Assembly: GCA_963829205.1 (NCBI GenBank)
Contig: CAWHHT010000006.1
Coordinates: forward strand, 217,885 to 281,884
DNA from: an uncultured Thermoleophilia bacterium
Lineage (GTDB): Bacteria; Actinomycetota; Thermoleophilia; UBA2241
Direction: 5' to 3'
Length of the DNA stretch: 64,000 bases
Below, one piece after another: positions 1 to 19,089 of this stretch. The notes beneath the pieces were generated by a model. That model did no database searches. It was given only the letters and a program-made list of their open reading frames with translations, and had not been told where the DNA came from. The translations under genes were made by a program, and so were the position numbers. How positions within the stretch are numbered: position 1 is the stretch's first letter; each line of letters begins with the position of its first letter.

Positions 1-731
1 CGACGGTGCTGGAACGCGACCTCGTCTTCGAGACGCCTTGGGGGGAGAGCCCGCCGTTCACGCTCTTCGAGCTCGGCGGGCAGCGCGCCCTGCACGTCCG
101 CCTTCACGGCTGGCGCAAGGGTGTGTCCCGCGGCCGCGCTTCGCGTCAGGTGTTCAGCGTCCTGCATCGTGCCGGCGTCACGAGGATCCTCTCGGACGCC
201 GGCGTCGGTAGCCTCAACCACTTGCTCGACCCCGGCGATCTGATCGTCGTCGACGACTTCGTCGACCAGACGACCGATCGCGACCGCTACGGCCGCGTGG
301 TCGGCGACCATCTGCTCGTCATGCGTGACGCCGTGTGTCACTCGGGGAGGGAGGCGCTGGTCGGCGCCGCCCGGCGCCTCGCGCCCGAGCGCCGCGTGTT
401 CACGCGCGGCACCTATGTGGTGACCGAGGGGCCGCGCTTCGAGTCGCCCGCGGAGGTGCGCCATCTTCAGTCGATGGGCGACGTCGTCGGCCAGAGCTTC
501 TGCCCGGAGGTCTGGCTCGCGCGCGACATCGGCGCGTGCTACGCCGGCGTCTACCTCATCGTCAACTACGGTGAAGGCGTCGTGCAGGAGTGGGAGCACG
601 AGGTCCTGGCGCAGATCTTCCACGAAGACGCAGGGCTGATGGGCCGGATCCTGCTCGCGGCGCTGGCGGACCTGCCGCCCGGCGACGATTGTCACTGCCG
701 CGAGTTGCGCAAGCCGACGCTCCTCCGCTGA
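1..731 (+). CDS. mtnP: S-methyl-5'-thioadenosine phosphorylase (MTAP/PNP family), 5' end truncated at window edge
   Basis: ORF 6..731 frame continues to nt 1; motifs GDLIVVDDFVDQTTDR, VVTEGPRFESPAE, PEVWLARDIGACYAGV align with MTAP (GDIVIIDQFIDRTT / IEGPRFSSRAE / PEVVLAKEAGICYA). Confidence 0.8.
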   Translation, partial: TVLERDLVFETPWGESPPFTLFELGGQRALHVRLHGWRKGVSRGRASRQVFSVLHRAGVTRILSDAGVGSLNHLLDPGDLIVVDDFVDQTTDRDRYGRVVGDHLLVMRDAVCHSGREALVGAARRLAPERRVFTRGTYVVTEGPRFESPAEVRHLQSMGDVVGQSFCPEVWLARDIGACYAGVYLIVNYGEGVVQEWEHEVLAQIFHEDAGLMGRILLAALADLPPGDDCHCRELRKPTLLR

Positions 732-753
732 CGCCACACCGCCGGTCGACGGC

Positions 754-1383
754 CTAGCGCGTCAGCGCCCAGGCGAGCACCGAGATAGCGTTGAAGAGGG
801 CGTGCAGGGTGATGCTCGTCCACAACGATCCGGTGCGCTTGTAGACCCAGGCGAGCGCGAAGCCCAGCGCGAACAGCGGCACGAACACGCTCAGCTGCAG
901 ATGTGCCAGCCCGAAGACCGTGGCCGACGCGAGCGCCCCCCAGACCCATCCCCATGAGGTCGCGAAGCCGCGGAAGAGGAAGCCGCGGAAGAAGGTCTCC
1001 TCGAACAGCGGCGCCATGATCACCGCCACCAGCGCGAAGAGCGCGATCCCGGCGGCGCTGTGTGGGAACTGGCCGATGATGTCCTGCTGCCGCGGGTGCA
1101 CAAGGGCGTCGTGCGCGGCGCTGACCACGTACACGAGCACGAGCGCGACCGGGATGGTCCAGAAGAAGGCCTTCGTCGGCTTGCGGAACCCCCAGAGCGA
1201 GAGATGGTTGCCGGCCGTGCGCAGTGAGAACGTCCAGGCAGAGGCCGTTTGCCACAGGTAGAGGACGAGCGAGCTCAGGGCGAGCGCGGCCGCGGTCCCT
1301 GCGGTGACCTGGGTCGACGTGGCCGAGGAAGTGCCTGTGCCGAGGGCGGCCAGGTAGAGAAGTACTTCGGGCGCGAACGCCAT
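754..1383 (-). CDS. CPBP-family intramembrane metalloprotease (CAAX protease/Abi domain)
   Basis: C-terminal 209 aa of ORF 754..1809: EETFFRGFLF, FGLAHL, HALFN motifs and multiple hydrophobic helices; start uncertain (ATG at 1381-1383 chosen; ORF stays open to 1809 through Pro/Ala/Arg-rich low-complexity sequence). Confidence 0.7.
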   Translation of the reverse strand: MAFAPEVLLYLAALGTGTSSATSTQVTAGTAAALALSSLVLYLWQTASAWTFSLRTAGNHLSLWGFRKPTKAFFWTIPVALVLVYVVSAAHDALVHPRQQDIIGQFPHSAAGIALFALVAVIMAPLFEETFFRGFLFRGFATSWGWVWGALASATVFGLAHLQLSVFVPLFALGFALAWVYKRTGSLWTSITLHALFNAISVLAWALTR

Positions 1384-1772
1384 GGCCACGCCGGCCAGGG
1401 CAAAGCGCCAACCCCACTCGCGGCGCTCGCTGAGGACAGGGGGGAATGGCGGGCGGGCTCCACGCCGCGGCACGGACGCGTACGGGCTCAACGGCGCCGC
1501 GGACTCCGACGGGCGCCCGCCTGCTCCTGGGACCGCTGGGGGCGGCGCCGGCGCTCTGCCGGGGTGCGCCGCCGGCGCCGGTGAGGCGGGCGCAGGCCCC
1601 GTTGTGCGGGGCTGGCGGGCATCGCCGGGCGGGCCGGCGTCTCGTTGTCTCTCATGATCGTCGATCACGCACTCCTCTTCACGGCGTCTCGCGCCGCGCG
1701 CCCGAGGCCGAACGCGCGACCCGGCCATCTCAGAGTGCGTTTTACCGCGCGGAACGCGGGAAGCACACATGC

Positions 1773-2081
1773 ATGAGCTGGCGCAGGCACGCAAAGGGTA
1801 CCAGCACACGCTACCTCGTCGAGGTCCCGCACGACCCCGACGAGTGCGCGTGGGTGATGGAGGAGATCGTGGGCCGCGGCCCGCAGTACGCTGAGATGTT
1901 CTGGTGGAGCTGCATCACCGGCGAGCACCGGGCGTGGGCGTTTCTCGACGGCATTGGTCGCGAGGCGGTGGTCGAGGAGGCGCTGCCGCCGACCCTCCGC
2001 GCCCGCGCCGTGGTGCACAGGCTGGCGCACGCGGACGGGCGCGCCGTGGTGGAGCGACTTGCCGACGCCGCCGGCCGCTGA
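1773..2081 (+). CDS. hypothetical protein (~102 aa), no recognisable family
   Basis: internal ATG of ORF 1446..2081; upstream part of that ORF overlaps the low-complexity GC-rich region antisense to the CPBP gene. Confidence 0.35.
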   Translation: MSWRRHAKGTSTRYLVEVPHDPDECAWVMEEIVGRGPQYAEMFWWSCITGEHRAWAFLDGIGREAVVEEALPPTLRARAVVHRLAHADGRAVVERLADAAGR

Positions 2082-2189
2082 CGGTCTGAGAGCTTCGGCG
2101 CGGTTTGTCCGCGCGGCGGCGTCTGCTATACTCCGCCGCCGTGGCCGGCGCGGTCGGACGCCCGCGCTCCGCGGCCGCCGCGGGTCGCG

Positions 2190-2219
2190 TTGACCCCCAC
2201 GGCGGACCCTTGGTATCCT
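2190..2219 (+). promoter_or_regulatory. candidate sigma70-type promoter (TTGACC-N18-TATCCT) for rpmG-tRNA-Trp-secE-nusG
   Basis: near-consensus -35 and plausible -10, ~30 nt upstream of rpmG GTG start. Confidence 0.4.
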
Positions 2220-2248
2220 TACGTGCTTCTTTCTGAAAGGACTACGAC

Positions 2249-2398
2249 GTGCGTCAACTGGTCACGCTCGCTTGCCAGGAATGCAAGCGTCGCAACTACC
2301 ACACGAACAAGAACAAGAAGAACGATCCGGACCGCATCGAGCTGAAGAAGTACTGTCGCTGGTGCGGGACGCACACTGTGCACAAGGAGACGCGCTAG
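2249..2398 (+). CDS. rpmG: 50S ribosomal protein L33 (bL33), zinc-ribbon C+ form
   Basis: not in ORF track (<60 aa); GTG start preceded by GAAAGGA; translation [49 protein letters not shown] matches L33 (CxxC...CxxC). Confidence 0.85.
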   Translation: MRQLVTLACQECKRRNYHTNKNKKNDPDRIELKKYCRWCGTHTVHKETR

Positions 2399-2420
2399 GC
2401 GTTTCCCCTCGTGTGCCCTT

Positions 2421-2496
2421 AGGGCTGTAGCTCAATTGGTAGAGCACCGGTCTCCAAAACCGGGGGTCGGGGGTTCGAGTCCCTCCAGCCCTGCCA
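2421..2496 (+). tRNA. trnW: tRNA-Trp (anticodon CCA)
   Basis: 76-nt cloverleaf: acceptor AGGGCTG/CAGCCCT, D-loop AATTGGTA, anticodon loop CTCCAAA, T-loop TTCGAGT, encoded 3' CCA; classic position upstream of secE-nusG. Confidence 0.9.
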
Positions 2497-2516
2497 ATAA
2501 CATTCGGAGCGATTGA

Positions 2517-2876
2517 GTGGCGAAGACTCCCAACAACGACCAGGGCAAGCCCGGCAAGTCCAGGAGCGCCGGCAAGCCCGCGCAGGGCGGCAAGGCAGCG
2601 GCCAAGCGCGCGAACGCCAAACCGGCGCGCGGCAAGGCGCAGCAGAAGCCGCAGCAGAAGTCCCGCTCCGCCAAGCCGGCGGAGAAGAAGGGCTTCATGC
2701 GTTTCCTGCGCGATGTGCGCATCGAACTGGGCAAGGTCACCTGGCCCACGCGCAAGGACCTCATCCAGTCCACCATCGTCGTTCTTGTCGCCGTCGCCAT
2801 CGCTACCGTGTACACGGGCGTGCTCGACGTCATCTTCTCAAGAGCCGTCGACTTCGTCCTCAAAGTCATAAGCTGA
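2517..2876 (+). CDS. secE: preprotein translocase subunit SecE (with Lys/Ala-rich N-terminal region)
   Basis: GTG start after GGAGCGA; C-terminal TM helix plus position between tRNA-Trp and nusG. Confidence 0.85.
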   Translation: MAKTPNNDQGKPGKSRSAGKPAQGGKAAAKRANAKPARGKAQQKPQQKSRSAKPAEKKGFMRFLRDVRIELGKVTWPTRKDLIQSTIVVLVAVAIATVYTGVLDVIFSRAVDFVLKVIS

Positions 2877-2888
2877 TCGGGGCCTCGC

Positions 2889-3413
2889 TTGTATAGCTGG
2901 TACGTCGTCAACACATACTCGGGTCACGAGAACAAGGTGAAGGCCAACCTGGAGCATCGCCGTTCGTCGATGCATCAGGAGGAGCGCATCCACCAGATCG
3001 TGGTGCCCACGGAGCAGGTCGTCGAGACCAAGGACGGCGAGAAGATCACCACCGAGCGCAGGGTGTTCCCGGGCTACGTGCTCGTGCAGATGGAGCTCAC
3101 CGACGACACGTGGTCGCTGGTCAAGAACACGCCCGGCGTCACCGGCTTCGTCGGCGCCCAGAACAAGCCCGTAGCGCTGTCGCGCGCCGAGGTCGATCGC
3201 ATCATGCACACCGCCTCGGTCGAGCGCCCCAAGCAGAAGGCGGAGTTCAGCGTCGGCGACGACGTACGCGTCACGTCGGGCCCGCTCAGCGATTTCTCCG
3301 GCGAGGTCGTCGAGGTCAACCTCGACCAGAGCCGGCTCAAGGTCATGGTGTCGATCTTCGGCCGCGAGGCACCGGTCGAGCTCGCCTTCGACCAGGTCAA
3401 GAAGACATCCTAA
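2889..3413 (+). CDS. nusG: transcription termination/antitermination factor NusG
   Basis: WYVVNTYSGHENKVK NGN-domain start; KOW region; TTG start. Confidence 0.92.
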   Translation: MYSWYVVNTYSGHENKVKANLEHRRSSMHQEERIHQIVVPTEQVVETKDGEKITTERRVFPGYVLVQMELTDDTWSLVKNTPGVTGFVGAQNKPVALSRAEVDRIMHTASVERPKQKAEFSVGDDVRVTSGPLSDFSGEVVEVNLDQSRLKVMVSIFGREAPVELAFDQVKKTS

Positions 3414-3436
3414 CCAGGCAGTAAGCGAGGCAGGCA

Positions 3437-3862
3437 GTGGCCAAGAAGGTCCTAACCAAGATCAAATTGCAGATCCCCGCCGGTCAGGCGAGCCCGGCCC
3501 CGCCCGTGGGCCCGGCGCTCGGTCAGCACGGCGTCAACATCATGGAGTTCTGCAAGGCGTTCAACGCCCAGACCCAGGCGGCGGGCAACACCATCGTCCC
3601 GGTCGAGATCACCGTGTTCGAGGATCGCTCGTTCACGTTCATCACCAAGACGCCGCCGGCCGCCGTGCTCCTGCGCGAGGCGCTCGGCATCGACAAGGGC
3701 TCAGGCGAGCCCAATCGCGACAAGGTCGGCACGGTCACGCGCGAGCAGGTCCGCGCCATCGCCGAGACCAAGATGCCCGATCTCAACGCCAACGACGTCG
3801 ACGCCGCGATGAAGATCATCGAGGGCACTGCCCGCAGCATGGGCATCGAGGTCGAGAGCTAG
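3437..3862 (+). CDS. rplK: 50S ribosomal protein L11 (uL11)
   Basis: [34 protein letters not shown]. Confidence 0.95.
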   Translation: MAKKVLTKIKLQIPAGQASPAPPVGPALGQHGVNIMEFCKAFNAQTQAAGNTIVPVEITVFEDRSFTFITKTPPAAVLLREALGIDKGSGEPNRDKVGTVTREQVRAIAETKMPDLNANDVDAAMKIIEGTARSMGIEVES

Positions 3863-3952
3863 TAACAGCCAGTGGGCCGGGGGCGCTCCGCCGCCCGGCC
3901 GCCGAAGTGGGAGGCGACACGGTCGCCGCTTGAACCACAGGAGGTCACGCAC

Positions 3953-4660
3953 ATGGCCAAGCACGGCCGCAAGTACACCACCTCTCAGCGCACCATCGAA
4001 CCCGGCCGTCTCTACACGCCGCTCGAGGGCATGCGCCTCCTCAAGTCCCTCGAGGGCGCCAAGTTCGATGAGACCGTGGAAGTCCACTTCCGCCTCGGCG
4101 TCGACGTGCGTCACGCCGACCAGATCGTGCGCGGCACCACCGTTCTCCCGCACGGCACCGGCAAGGAGATGCGCGTCGCGGTGTTCGCCGAGGGCGACAA
4201 GGCGCGCGAGGCCGAAGAGGCCGGTGCCGACATCGTCGGCAGCGAAGCCCTCGCGAAGCAGATCCAGGAGGGCGTCTTCGATTTCGACATCGCCATCGCG
4301 ACGCCCGACATGATGGGTACTGTCGGCAAGCTCGGCCGCATTCTCGGCCCGCGCGGCCTCATGCCCAATCCCAAGTCCGGCACCGTCACGTTCGACGTCG
4401 GCAAGGCCGTCGCCGATGCCAAGGGCGGCAAGGTCGAGTACCGCACCGACCGCTCCGGCATCGTCCACCTCAGCATCGGCAAGAAGTCGTTCACCGAGGA
4501 ACAGCTCGTGGAGAACTACGGCGCAGTGCTGGACGAGATCGTGCGCGCCAAGCCGGCTGCCGCCAAGGGCAAGTACATCAAGAGCGCCAGCATCTCGGCG
4601 ACGATGAGCCCTGGGATCGAGCTCGACCCCGCGCGTACGCGCGACCTGCTCGAGTCCTGA
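3953..4660 (+). CDS. rplA: 50S ribosomal protein L1 (uL1)
   Basis: ATG after AGGAGG; [17 protein letters not shown]... typical L1; ORF 3872..4660 frame. Confidence 0.93.
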   Translation: MAKHGRKYTTSQRTIEPGRLYTPLEGMRLLKSLEGAKFDETVEVHFRLGVDVRHADQIVRGTTVLPHGTGKEMRVAVFAEGDKAREAEEAGADIVGSEALAKQIQEGVFDFDIAIATPDMMGTVGKLGRILGPRGLMPNPKSGTVTFDVGKAVADAKGGKVEYRTDRSGIVHLSIGKKSFTEEQLVENYGAVLDEIVRAKPAAAKGKYIKSASISATMSPGIELDPARTRDLLES

Positions 4661-4831
4661 GCCCACGGGTGCGCGGCCGTCCGGCAGTTGCGGCCGCGCG
4701 CCCTTGCGTCTATACTGCCGCTTCGCGGTGCTCCGGCACCGCGGCCGATGACGGCCGGTGCTCCTCCGGGAGCTGAATGGACCCGCGTGGTCCGCCACCC
4801 GAGGCGAGACGAGCCAGCGAAGCCGCTTGTG

Positions 4832-4861
4832 CCCGCTCCCGCATCGGGAGCGGGTTTTTTG
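4832..4861 (+). terminator. GC hairpin + T-tract in rplA-rplJ intergenic (L10 leader region; terminator/attenuator)
   Basis: CCCGCTCCC-GCATC-GGGAGCGGG followed by TTTTTTGTT, 20 nt upstream of rplJ start. Confidence 0.45.
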
Positions 4862-4880
4862 TTGCGACTGAGAGGTCGAT

Positions 4881-5411
4881 ATGCTGAGAAACGAGAAAGA
4901 CGCTGTGATCGCTGAGGTCGCGCAGCTCCTGACGGACACGCAGGATATGTTCGTCAGCGACTACCGGGGCCTCACAGTCACGGAGCTCTCGGAGCTGCGC
5001 GACAAGCTTCGCGAGAGCGGCGCCACCTTCAAGGTGGTCAAGAACACGCTGGGCGGCATCGCCGCCGACCGCGCCGGCCGTGAGGACATCAAGTCGTTCC
5101 TCTCCGGCCCGACGGCGGTCACGTTCTGCGGCGACGACCTCGTCGGCGCCGCCAAGGCACTGGCCGACTTCGCCAGGACCCACCCGCAGCTCGTGATCCG
5201 CGGCGGTCTGCTCGAGTCGAGCCTGATCGACGAGGCCGGCGTCAAAGCGCTCGCCAGCCTGCCGCCGCGCGACGTCCTCGTCGCCCAGCTGGTCGGCACC
5301 ATGGCCGCGCCGATGACGGGTCTGGTCACCGTGCTCCAGGGCACCGTGAGCGGGTTCGTGCGCGCTCTCAACCAGGTGGCCGAGCAGCGTGCCGCCGCCG
5401 GCGAGGCCTGA
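4881..5411 (+). CDS. rplJ: 50S ribosomal protein L10 (uL10)
   Basis: 176 aa, typical L10 sequence and position. Confidence 0.93.
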   Translation: MLRNEKDAVIAEVAQLLTDTQDMFVSDYRGLTVTELSELRDKLRESGATFKVVKNTLGGIAADRAGREDIKSFLSGPTAVTFCGDDLVGAAKALADFARTHPQLVIRGGLLESSLIDEAGVKALASLPPRDVLVAQLVGTMAAPMTGLVTVLQGTVSGFVRALNQVAEQRAAAGEA

Positions 5412-5471
5412 GACGCCTCACCACGACACTGTCCAGCCAGGCTTTTCAGCCCTACGCGAGGTGAACCGACA

Positions 5472-5864
5472 ATGGCAGACAAGACTCTGACGAAAGACCA
5501 GCTCATCGAGGCCATCAAGTCCATGACCGTGCTCGAGCTGAGCGACATGGTCAAGGCGCTCGAAGAGGAATTCGGCGTCAGCGCCGCGGCGCCCGTGGCC
5601 GTCGCCGCCGGCCCCGCCGCCGGTGCCGCTCCGGCCGAGGCCGTCGAGGAGAAGACGCAGTTCGACGTCGTGCTCACCGCCTTCGGTGACCAGAAGATCC
5701 AGGTCATCAAGGTGGTGCGCTCCCTCACCGGTCTCGGTCTCAAGGAGGCCAAGGACGTGGTCGAGGGCGTGCCCAGCGCGGTCAAGGAAGGCGTCACCAA
5801 GGACGAGGCCGAAGAGGCCAAGAAGCAGCTCGAAGAGGCCGGCGCGAGCGTCGAGGTCAAGTAG
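5472..5864 (+). CDS. rplL: 50S ribosomal protein L7/L12 (bL12)
   Basis: N-terminal dimerisation region, Ala/Pro hinge, C-terminal [13 protein letters not shown] domain. Confidence 0.95.
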   Translation: MADKTLTKDQLIEAIKSMTVLELSDMVKALEEEFGVSAAAPVAVAAGPAAGAAPAEAVEEKTQFDVVLTAFGDQKIQVIKVVRSLTGLGLKEAKDVVEGVPSAVKEGVTKDEAEEAKKQLEEAGASVEVK

Positions 5865-5892
5865 AGCGCTCCCAAGGATCCTGCACGACCCC

Positions 5893-5932
5893 GCCAAGGG
5901 CCGGGGCGCCATGAGGCGCCCCGGCCCTTGGC
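5893..5932 (+). terminator. 18-bp perfect GC hairpin between rplL and rpoB (no U-tract; attenuator/processing site candidate)
   Basis: GCCAAGGGCCGGGGCGCC-ATGA-GGCGCCCCGGCCCTTGGC. Confidence 0.3.
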
Positions 5933-6194
5933 GTCTCACCGCTTCGGACCGGCCGGCTGCCGTCGTGGTGCGGTCACCCGTGGGTGCGTCGGCGTCCGGG
6001 CTCTTGGCGACGGTCCGTTGCCGCGGCAGGCAACGGTTCGGCTGCGGGGAATGCGGGAAAGGCCCTGACGTGTGTTGCATCGTGAGACCCGCTATGGTAT
6101 TTTTATCGACCGTGCGTCACCCGCGGCCATACCACAAGACCTCGGTATGGTGTGCTCTTTTCTTCCAGGCCCACGCTAGAAAGAGGAGACTCGC

Positions 6195-9950
<3,756 letters not shown>

Positions 9951-9975
9951 CCCCGCCTAGGCAGAGGGAGCGACA

Positions 9976-14229
<4,254 letters not shown>

Positions 14230-14253
14230 GGCTCTATCCAGAGCAAACGCCGC

Positions 14254-14300
14254 GGGCTGCGGCCGCACAGACTCCGTCTTGCGGCCGCAGCCCCGTTTCG
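14254..14300 (+). terminator. intrinsic terminator-like hairpin downstream of rpoC
   Basis: 14-bp stem GGGCTGCGGCCGCA / TGCGGCCGCAGCCC with 12-nt loop, followed by CGTTTCG. Confidence 0.5.
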
Positions 14301-14346
14301 CTACACTACACGACTGCTGTCTGAAGCAGAGGACCAGAGAGGCCAG

Positions 14347-14724
14347 ATGACAACCATAAGCCAGCTCGTCCGCAAAGGGCGCGAGAGCAAAGTGAAGCGC
14401 GCCAAGACGCCCGCGCTCAAGGGTTCACCCCAGAAGCGCGGCGTATGCACGCGCGTCTACACGACCACACCCAAGAAGCCCAACTCCGCCCTGCGCAAGG
14501 TCGCCCGCGTGCGGCTCACGAACGGCATGGAAGTCACGTCGTACATCCCGGGGATCGGCCACAACCTGCAGGAGCACTCGGTCGTGCTCGTGCGCGGCGG
14601 CCGTGTCAAGGATCTCCCGGGCGTGCGCTACAAGGTCATTCGCGGCACGCTCGACGCAGCCGGCGTCGCCGATCGCAAGAAGGCGCGCTCCCGCTACGGC
14701 GCCAAGGGCAAGGGAGCGAGGTAA
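14347..14724 (+). CDS. rpsL: 30S ribosomal protein S12 (uS12)
   Basis: [12 protein letters not shown]... PNSALRKV... Confidence 0.96.
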   Translation: MTTISQLVRKGRESKVKRAKTPALKGSPQKRGVCTRVYTTTPKKPNSALRKVARVRLTNGMEVTSYIPGIGHNLQEHSVVLVRGGRVKDLPGVRYKVIRGTLDAAGVADRKKARSRYGAKGKGAR

Positions 14725-14727
14725 GTC

Positions 14728-15198
14728 ATGCCGCGTAGAGGTACCGTCACGCGCCGGGAGGTGCTCCCGGACCCCGTCTACAACAGCAAGCTGGTCACGC
14801 AGGTGATCAACAAGGTGCTGCTGGACGGCAAGAAGTCCACCGCCGAGCAGATCGTCTACGGCGCGCTCGAGATCGTCCGCGAGAAGACCGGCCGCGACCC
14901 GGTCGAGGTGCTGCAGGAGGCCGTTCAGGCGCTCACGCCTCACCTCGAGGTCAAGAGCCGGCGCGTCGGCGGCGCCACCTATCAGGTGCCCGTCGAAGTG
15001 CCCGGCCGCCGCGCCCGCACGCTCGCCATCCGCTGGCTCGTCAGCTTCGCTCGCGACCGTCGCGAGAAGGTCATGGCCGAGCGTCTCGCCGGCGAGATGA
15101 CGGATGCGCTCGCCGCCCAGGGCGGAGCCTTCAAGAAGAAGGACGACATCTTCCGCATGGCGCAGGCGAACAAGGCCTTCGCACACTATCGCTGGTAA
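14728..15198 (+). CDS. rpsG: 30S ribosomal protein S7 (uS7)
   Basis: 156 aa typical S7. Confidence 0.96.
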   Translation: MPRRGTVTRREVLPDPVYNSKLVTQVINKVLLDGKKSTAEQIVYGALEIVREKTGRDPVEVLQEAVQALTPHLEVKSRRVGGATYQVPVEVPGRRARTLAIRWLVSFARDRREKVMAERLAGEMTDALAAQGGAFKKKDDIFRMAQANKAFAHYRW

Positions 15199-15205
15199 TC
15201 CGCCG

Positions 15206-15243
15206 AAGGCCCCTCACTGACCTTCGTCGGTGAGGGGCTTTTG
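15206..15243 (+). terminator. hairpin + short T-tract between rpsG and fusA (internal terminator/attenuator of str operon)
   Basis: GCCCCTCAC-12 nt loop-GTGAGGGGC then TTTT, immediately before fusA start. Confidence 0.5.
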
Positions 15244-15267
15244 CATGGAAGGAACACGACAAGGGAC

Positions 15268-17346
15268 ATGCGACAGTATTCGCTAGCGAACACGCGCAAC
15301 ATCGGCATCATGGCTCACATCGATGCCGGCAAGACGACGACCACCGAGCGCATCCTGTACTACACCGGTAAGACCCACAAGATCGGTGAGGTGCACGAGG
15401 GCGCGGCGGTGATGGACTGGATGGCGCAGGAGCAGGAGCGCGGCATCACCATCACCTCGGCGGCCACGACCGTCGTGTGGCGCGACACGCAGGTCAACAT
15501 CATAGACACACCCGGGCACGTGGACTTCACGATGGAGGTCGAGCGCAGCCTCCGCGTGCTGGACGGCGCCATCGCTCTCTTCTGCTCCGTCGGAGGCGTC
15601 GAGCCGCAGTCCGAGACCGTGTGGCGGCAGGCCGACAAATACGGCATCCCGCGCATCGCGTTCGTCAACAAGATGGACCGCATCGGAGCGGACTTCTTCC
15701 GCGGCCTGGAGATGATGGTCGATCGCTTGGGCGCCAATCCGGTCGCCCTGCAGATCCCGATCGGCCGCGAGGCCGACTTCCGTGGGATCATCGACCTCAT
15801 CGAGATGCACGCGATCCTCTACCACGACGAACTCGGCACCGACTTCGACATCTCCGAGATCCCCGAGGACCACAGGGCGCTGGCCGACGAGTATCGCCTC
15901 AAGCTCATCGAATCGATCGCCGACCACGACGACCAGCTCCTCGAGGCCTACCTCGAGGGCCGCGGAGATCACGCCCGACCACATGCGCGAGGTCATTCGC
16001 CAGGCGACGCTCGATATCAGCATCACGCCCGTGCTCTGCGGGTCCGCCTTCAAGAACAAGGGCGTGCAGCCGCTCATGGACGCGATCGTCGAGTATCTGC
16101 CGTCGCCCCTCGACGTTCCGCCGGTCGGTGGGCATCAAGCCCAACGGCGATGAGGCGACTCGCCCCACGTCCGACGACGAGCCATTCGCGGCGCTGGCGT
16201 TCAAGGTGGCGGTCGACCCGTACGTCGGCAAGCTGACGTACTTCCGCGTCTACTCCGGGACGCTCAAGGCCGGTTCCTACGTCCTCAACGCGACCAAGGA
16301 CAAGCGCGAGCGCATCAGCCGCATCCTCCAGATGCACGCCAACCACCGCGAGGACCGCGACGAGATCTATCGCGGGCGAACTCGCCGCCGCCGTCGGCCT
16401 CAAGGTCACCAGCACCGGCGACACGCTCACCGAGCCGTCGAAGCCCGTCGTGCTCGAGGCGATGGAATTCCCGGAGCCGGTGATCGACGTCGCCATCGAG
16501 CCGAAGACCAAGGCCGACGAGGACAAGCTCGGCAACGCCCTCCAGCGTCTGGCCGAAGAGGACCCCACGTTCCGCGTCTACTCAGACGAGGAGACGGGTC
16601 AGACGATCATCCAGGGCATGGGCGAGCTTCACCTCGAGATCATCGTCGACCGCCTCGTGCGCGAGTTCGGCGTCGACGCCAACGTCGGCAAGCCGCAGGT
16701 CGCGTATCGCGAGACGGTGCGCAACAAGGTCGACAAGGTCGAGGGCCGGTTCGTGCGCCAGAGCGGCGGCCGCGGCCAGTACGGCCACGTCGTGATCGAG
16801 ATGCAGCCCAACGAGCCCGGCGGCGGCTACGAGTTCGAGAGCCGCATCCAGGGCGGCGTGATCCCGCGGGACTACATCCCGTCCGTCGACGACGGCATCC
16901 AGGAGGCCATGAATACGGGCATCCTCGCCGGCTATCCGGTGGTCGACATCAAGGTCGCCCTCATCGACGGCAGCTACCACGAGGTCGACTCCTCGGACAT
17001 GGCCTTCAAGATCGCGGGTTCCCTCGCCTTCAAGAACGCCGCCCAGAAGGCGAAGCCCGTGCTTCTCGAGCCGATGATGGCGGTCGAGGTCGTCACGCCG
17101 CAGGAGTTCATGGGCGACGTCATGGGCGACCTCAACTCGCGCCGCGGCCACATCGACGGCATGGAACCGCGCGGCAACGCGCAGGTCATCACCGCGACCG
17201 TGCCGCTCTCCACGATGTTCGGGTACGCGACCGACGTGCGTTCGACGACGCAGGGTCGCGCCACGTACACCATGCAGTTCAAGCACTACGCTGAGGTGCC
17301 CGCTTCCATCGCCGCCGAGATCGTCGCGAAGGTGCGCGGTGCCTGA
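15268..17346 (+). pseudogene. fusA: elongation factor G; reading frame broken by three apparent +1 frameshifts (near 15965, 16130, 16375), each at a G homopolymer, so probably an intact gene with sequence errors
   Basis: EF-G homology continues across four successive frames (ORFs 15241.., 15782.., 15477.., 16450..17346): [14 protein letters not shown] ... LEG|[10 protein letters not shown] ... DVPPV|GIKPNGDE ... EIYRG|ELAAAVGLK ... to C-terminus. Confidence 0.9.
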
Positions 17347-17478
17347 GCTCCGCCAACAGCGGTTCAGTTGCTCAAGCAGGTCGGCTTCATGTATACTGCC
17401 GACCTTTGGTACGGCAGGCAGCCGTGCCGATTTTTGTGTGACCTCAACCTCCGGGTTTCGGGAAAAGGAGTAGCAGAC

Positions 17479-18684
<1,206 letters not shown>

Positions 18685-18701
18685 GCACTGACGACCCTTC
18701 G

Positions 18702-18746
18702 GGCCGGGCGTGCTGTCGCACGCTCGTGCGAGCGACACGCCCGGCC
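18702..18746 (+). terminator. long imperfect hairpin between tuf and rpsJ (S10 operon leader region)
   Basis: GGCCGGGCGTG ... CACGCCCGGCC with nested TCGCACG/CGTGCGA; no U-tract. Confidence 0.3.
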
Positions 18747-18772
18747 ACGTGAACAGGACAGAGAAGGCTAGA

Positions 18773-19081
18773 GTGGCTCAGCAGAAGATACGCATCAGGT
18801 TGAAGTCTTACGATCACGAGCTGATCGAGCGCAGCGCGCAATCCATCGTGGAGACCGCGCAGCGCAGCGGCGCGACGATCTCTGGCCCCGTGCCGCTTCC
18901 CACGGAGAAGAACGTGTACTGCGTCATCAAGAGCCCGTTCAAGGACAAGGACTCGCGCGAGCACTTCGAGATCCGCACGCACAAGAGGCTCATCGACATC
19001 CATCAGCCCACGCCCAAGACCGTGGACCAGCTGATGCGTCTCGATCTGCCGGCCGGTGTCCACATCGAGATCAAGCTGTAG
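18773..19081 (+). CDS. rpsJ: 30S ribosomal protein S10 (uS10)
   Basis: GTG start; [18 protein letters not shown]... Confidence 0.95.
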   Translation: MAQQKIRIRLKSYDHELIERSAQSIVETAQRSGATISGPVPLPTEKNVYCVIKSPFKDKDSREHFEIRTHKRLIDIHQPTPKTVDQLMRLDLPAGVHIEIKL

Positions 19082-19089
19082 AGCGCACC

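Noticed and set aside
1446-2081. Long form (211 aa) of the ORF upstream of rpmG
   Set aside because: - The N-terminal 109 codons are Pro/Arg/Ala-rich.
- They overlap the equally low-complexity antisense frame of the CPBP gene region.
- The internal ATG at 1773 with the ordered C-terminal half was preferred; even that call is low confidence.
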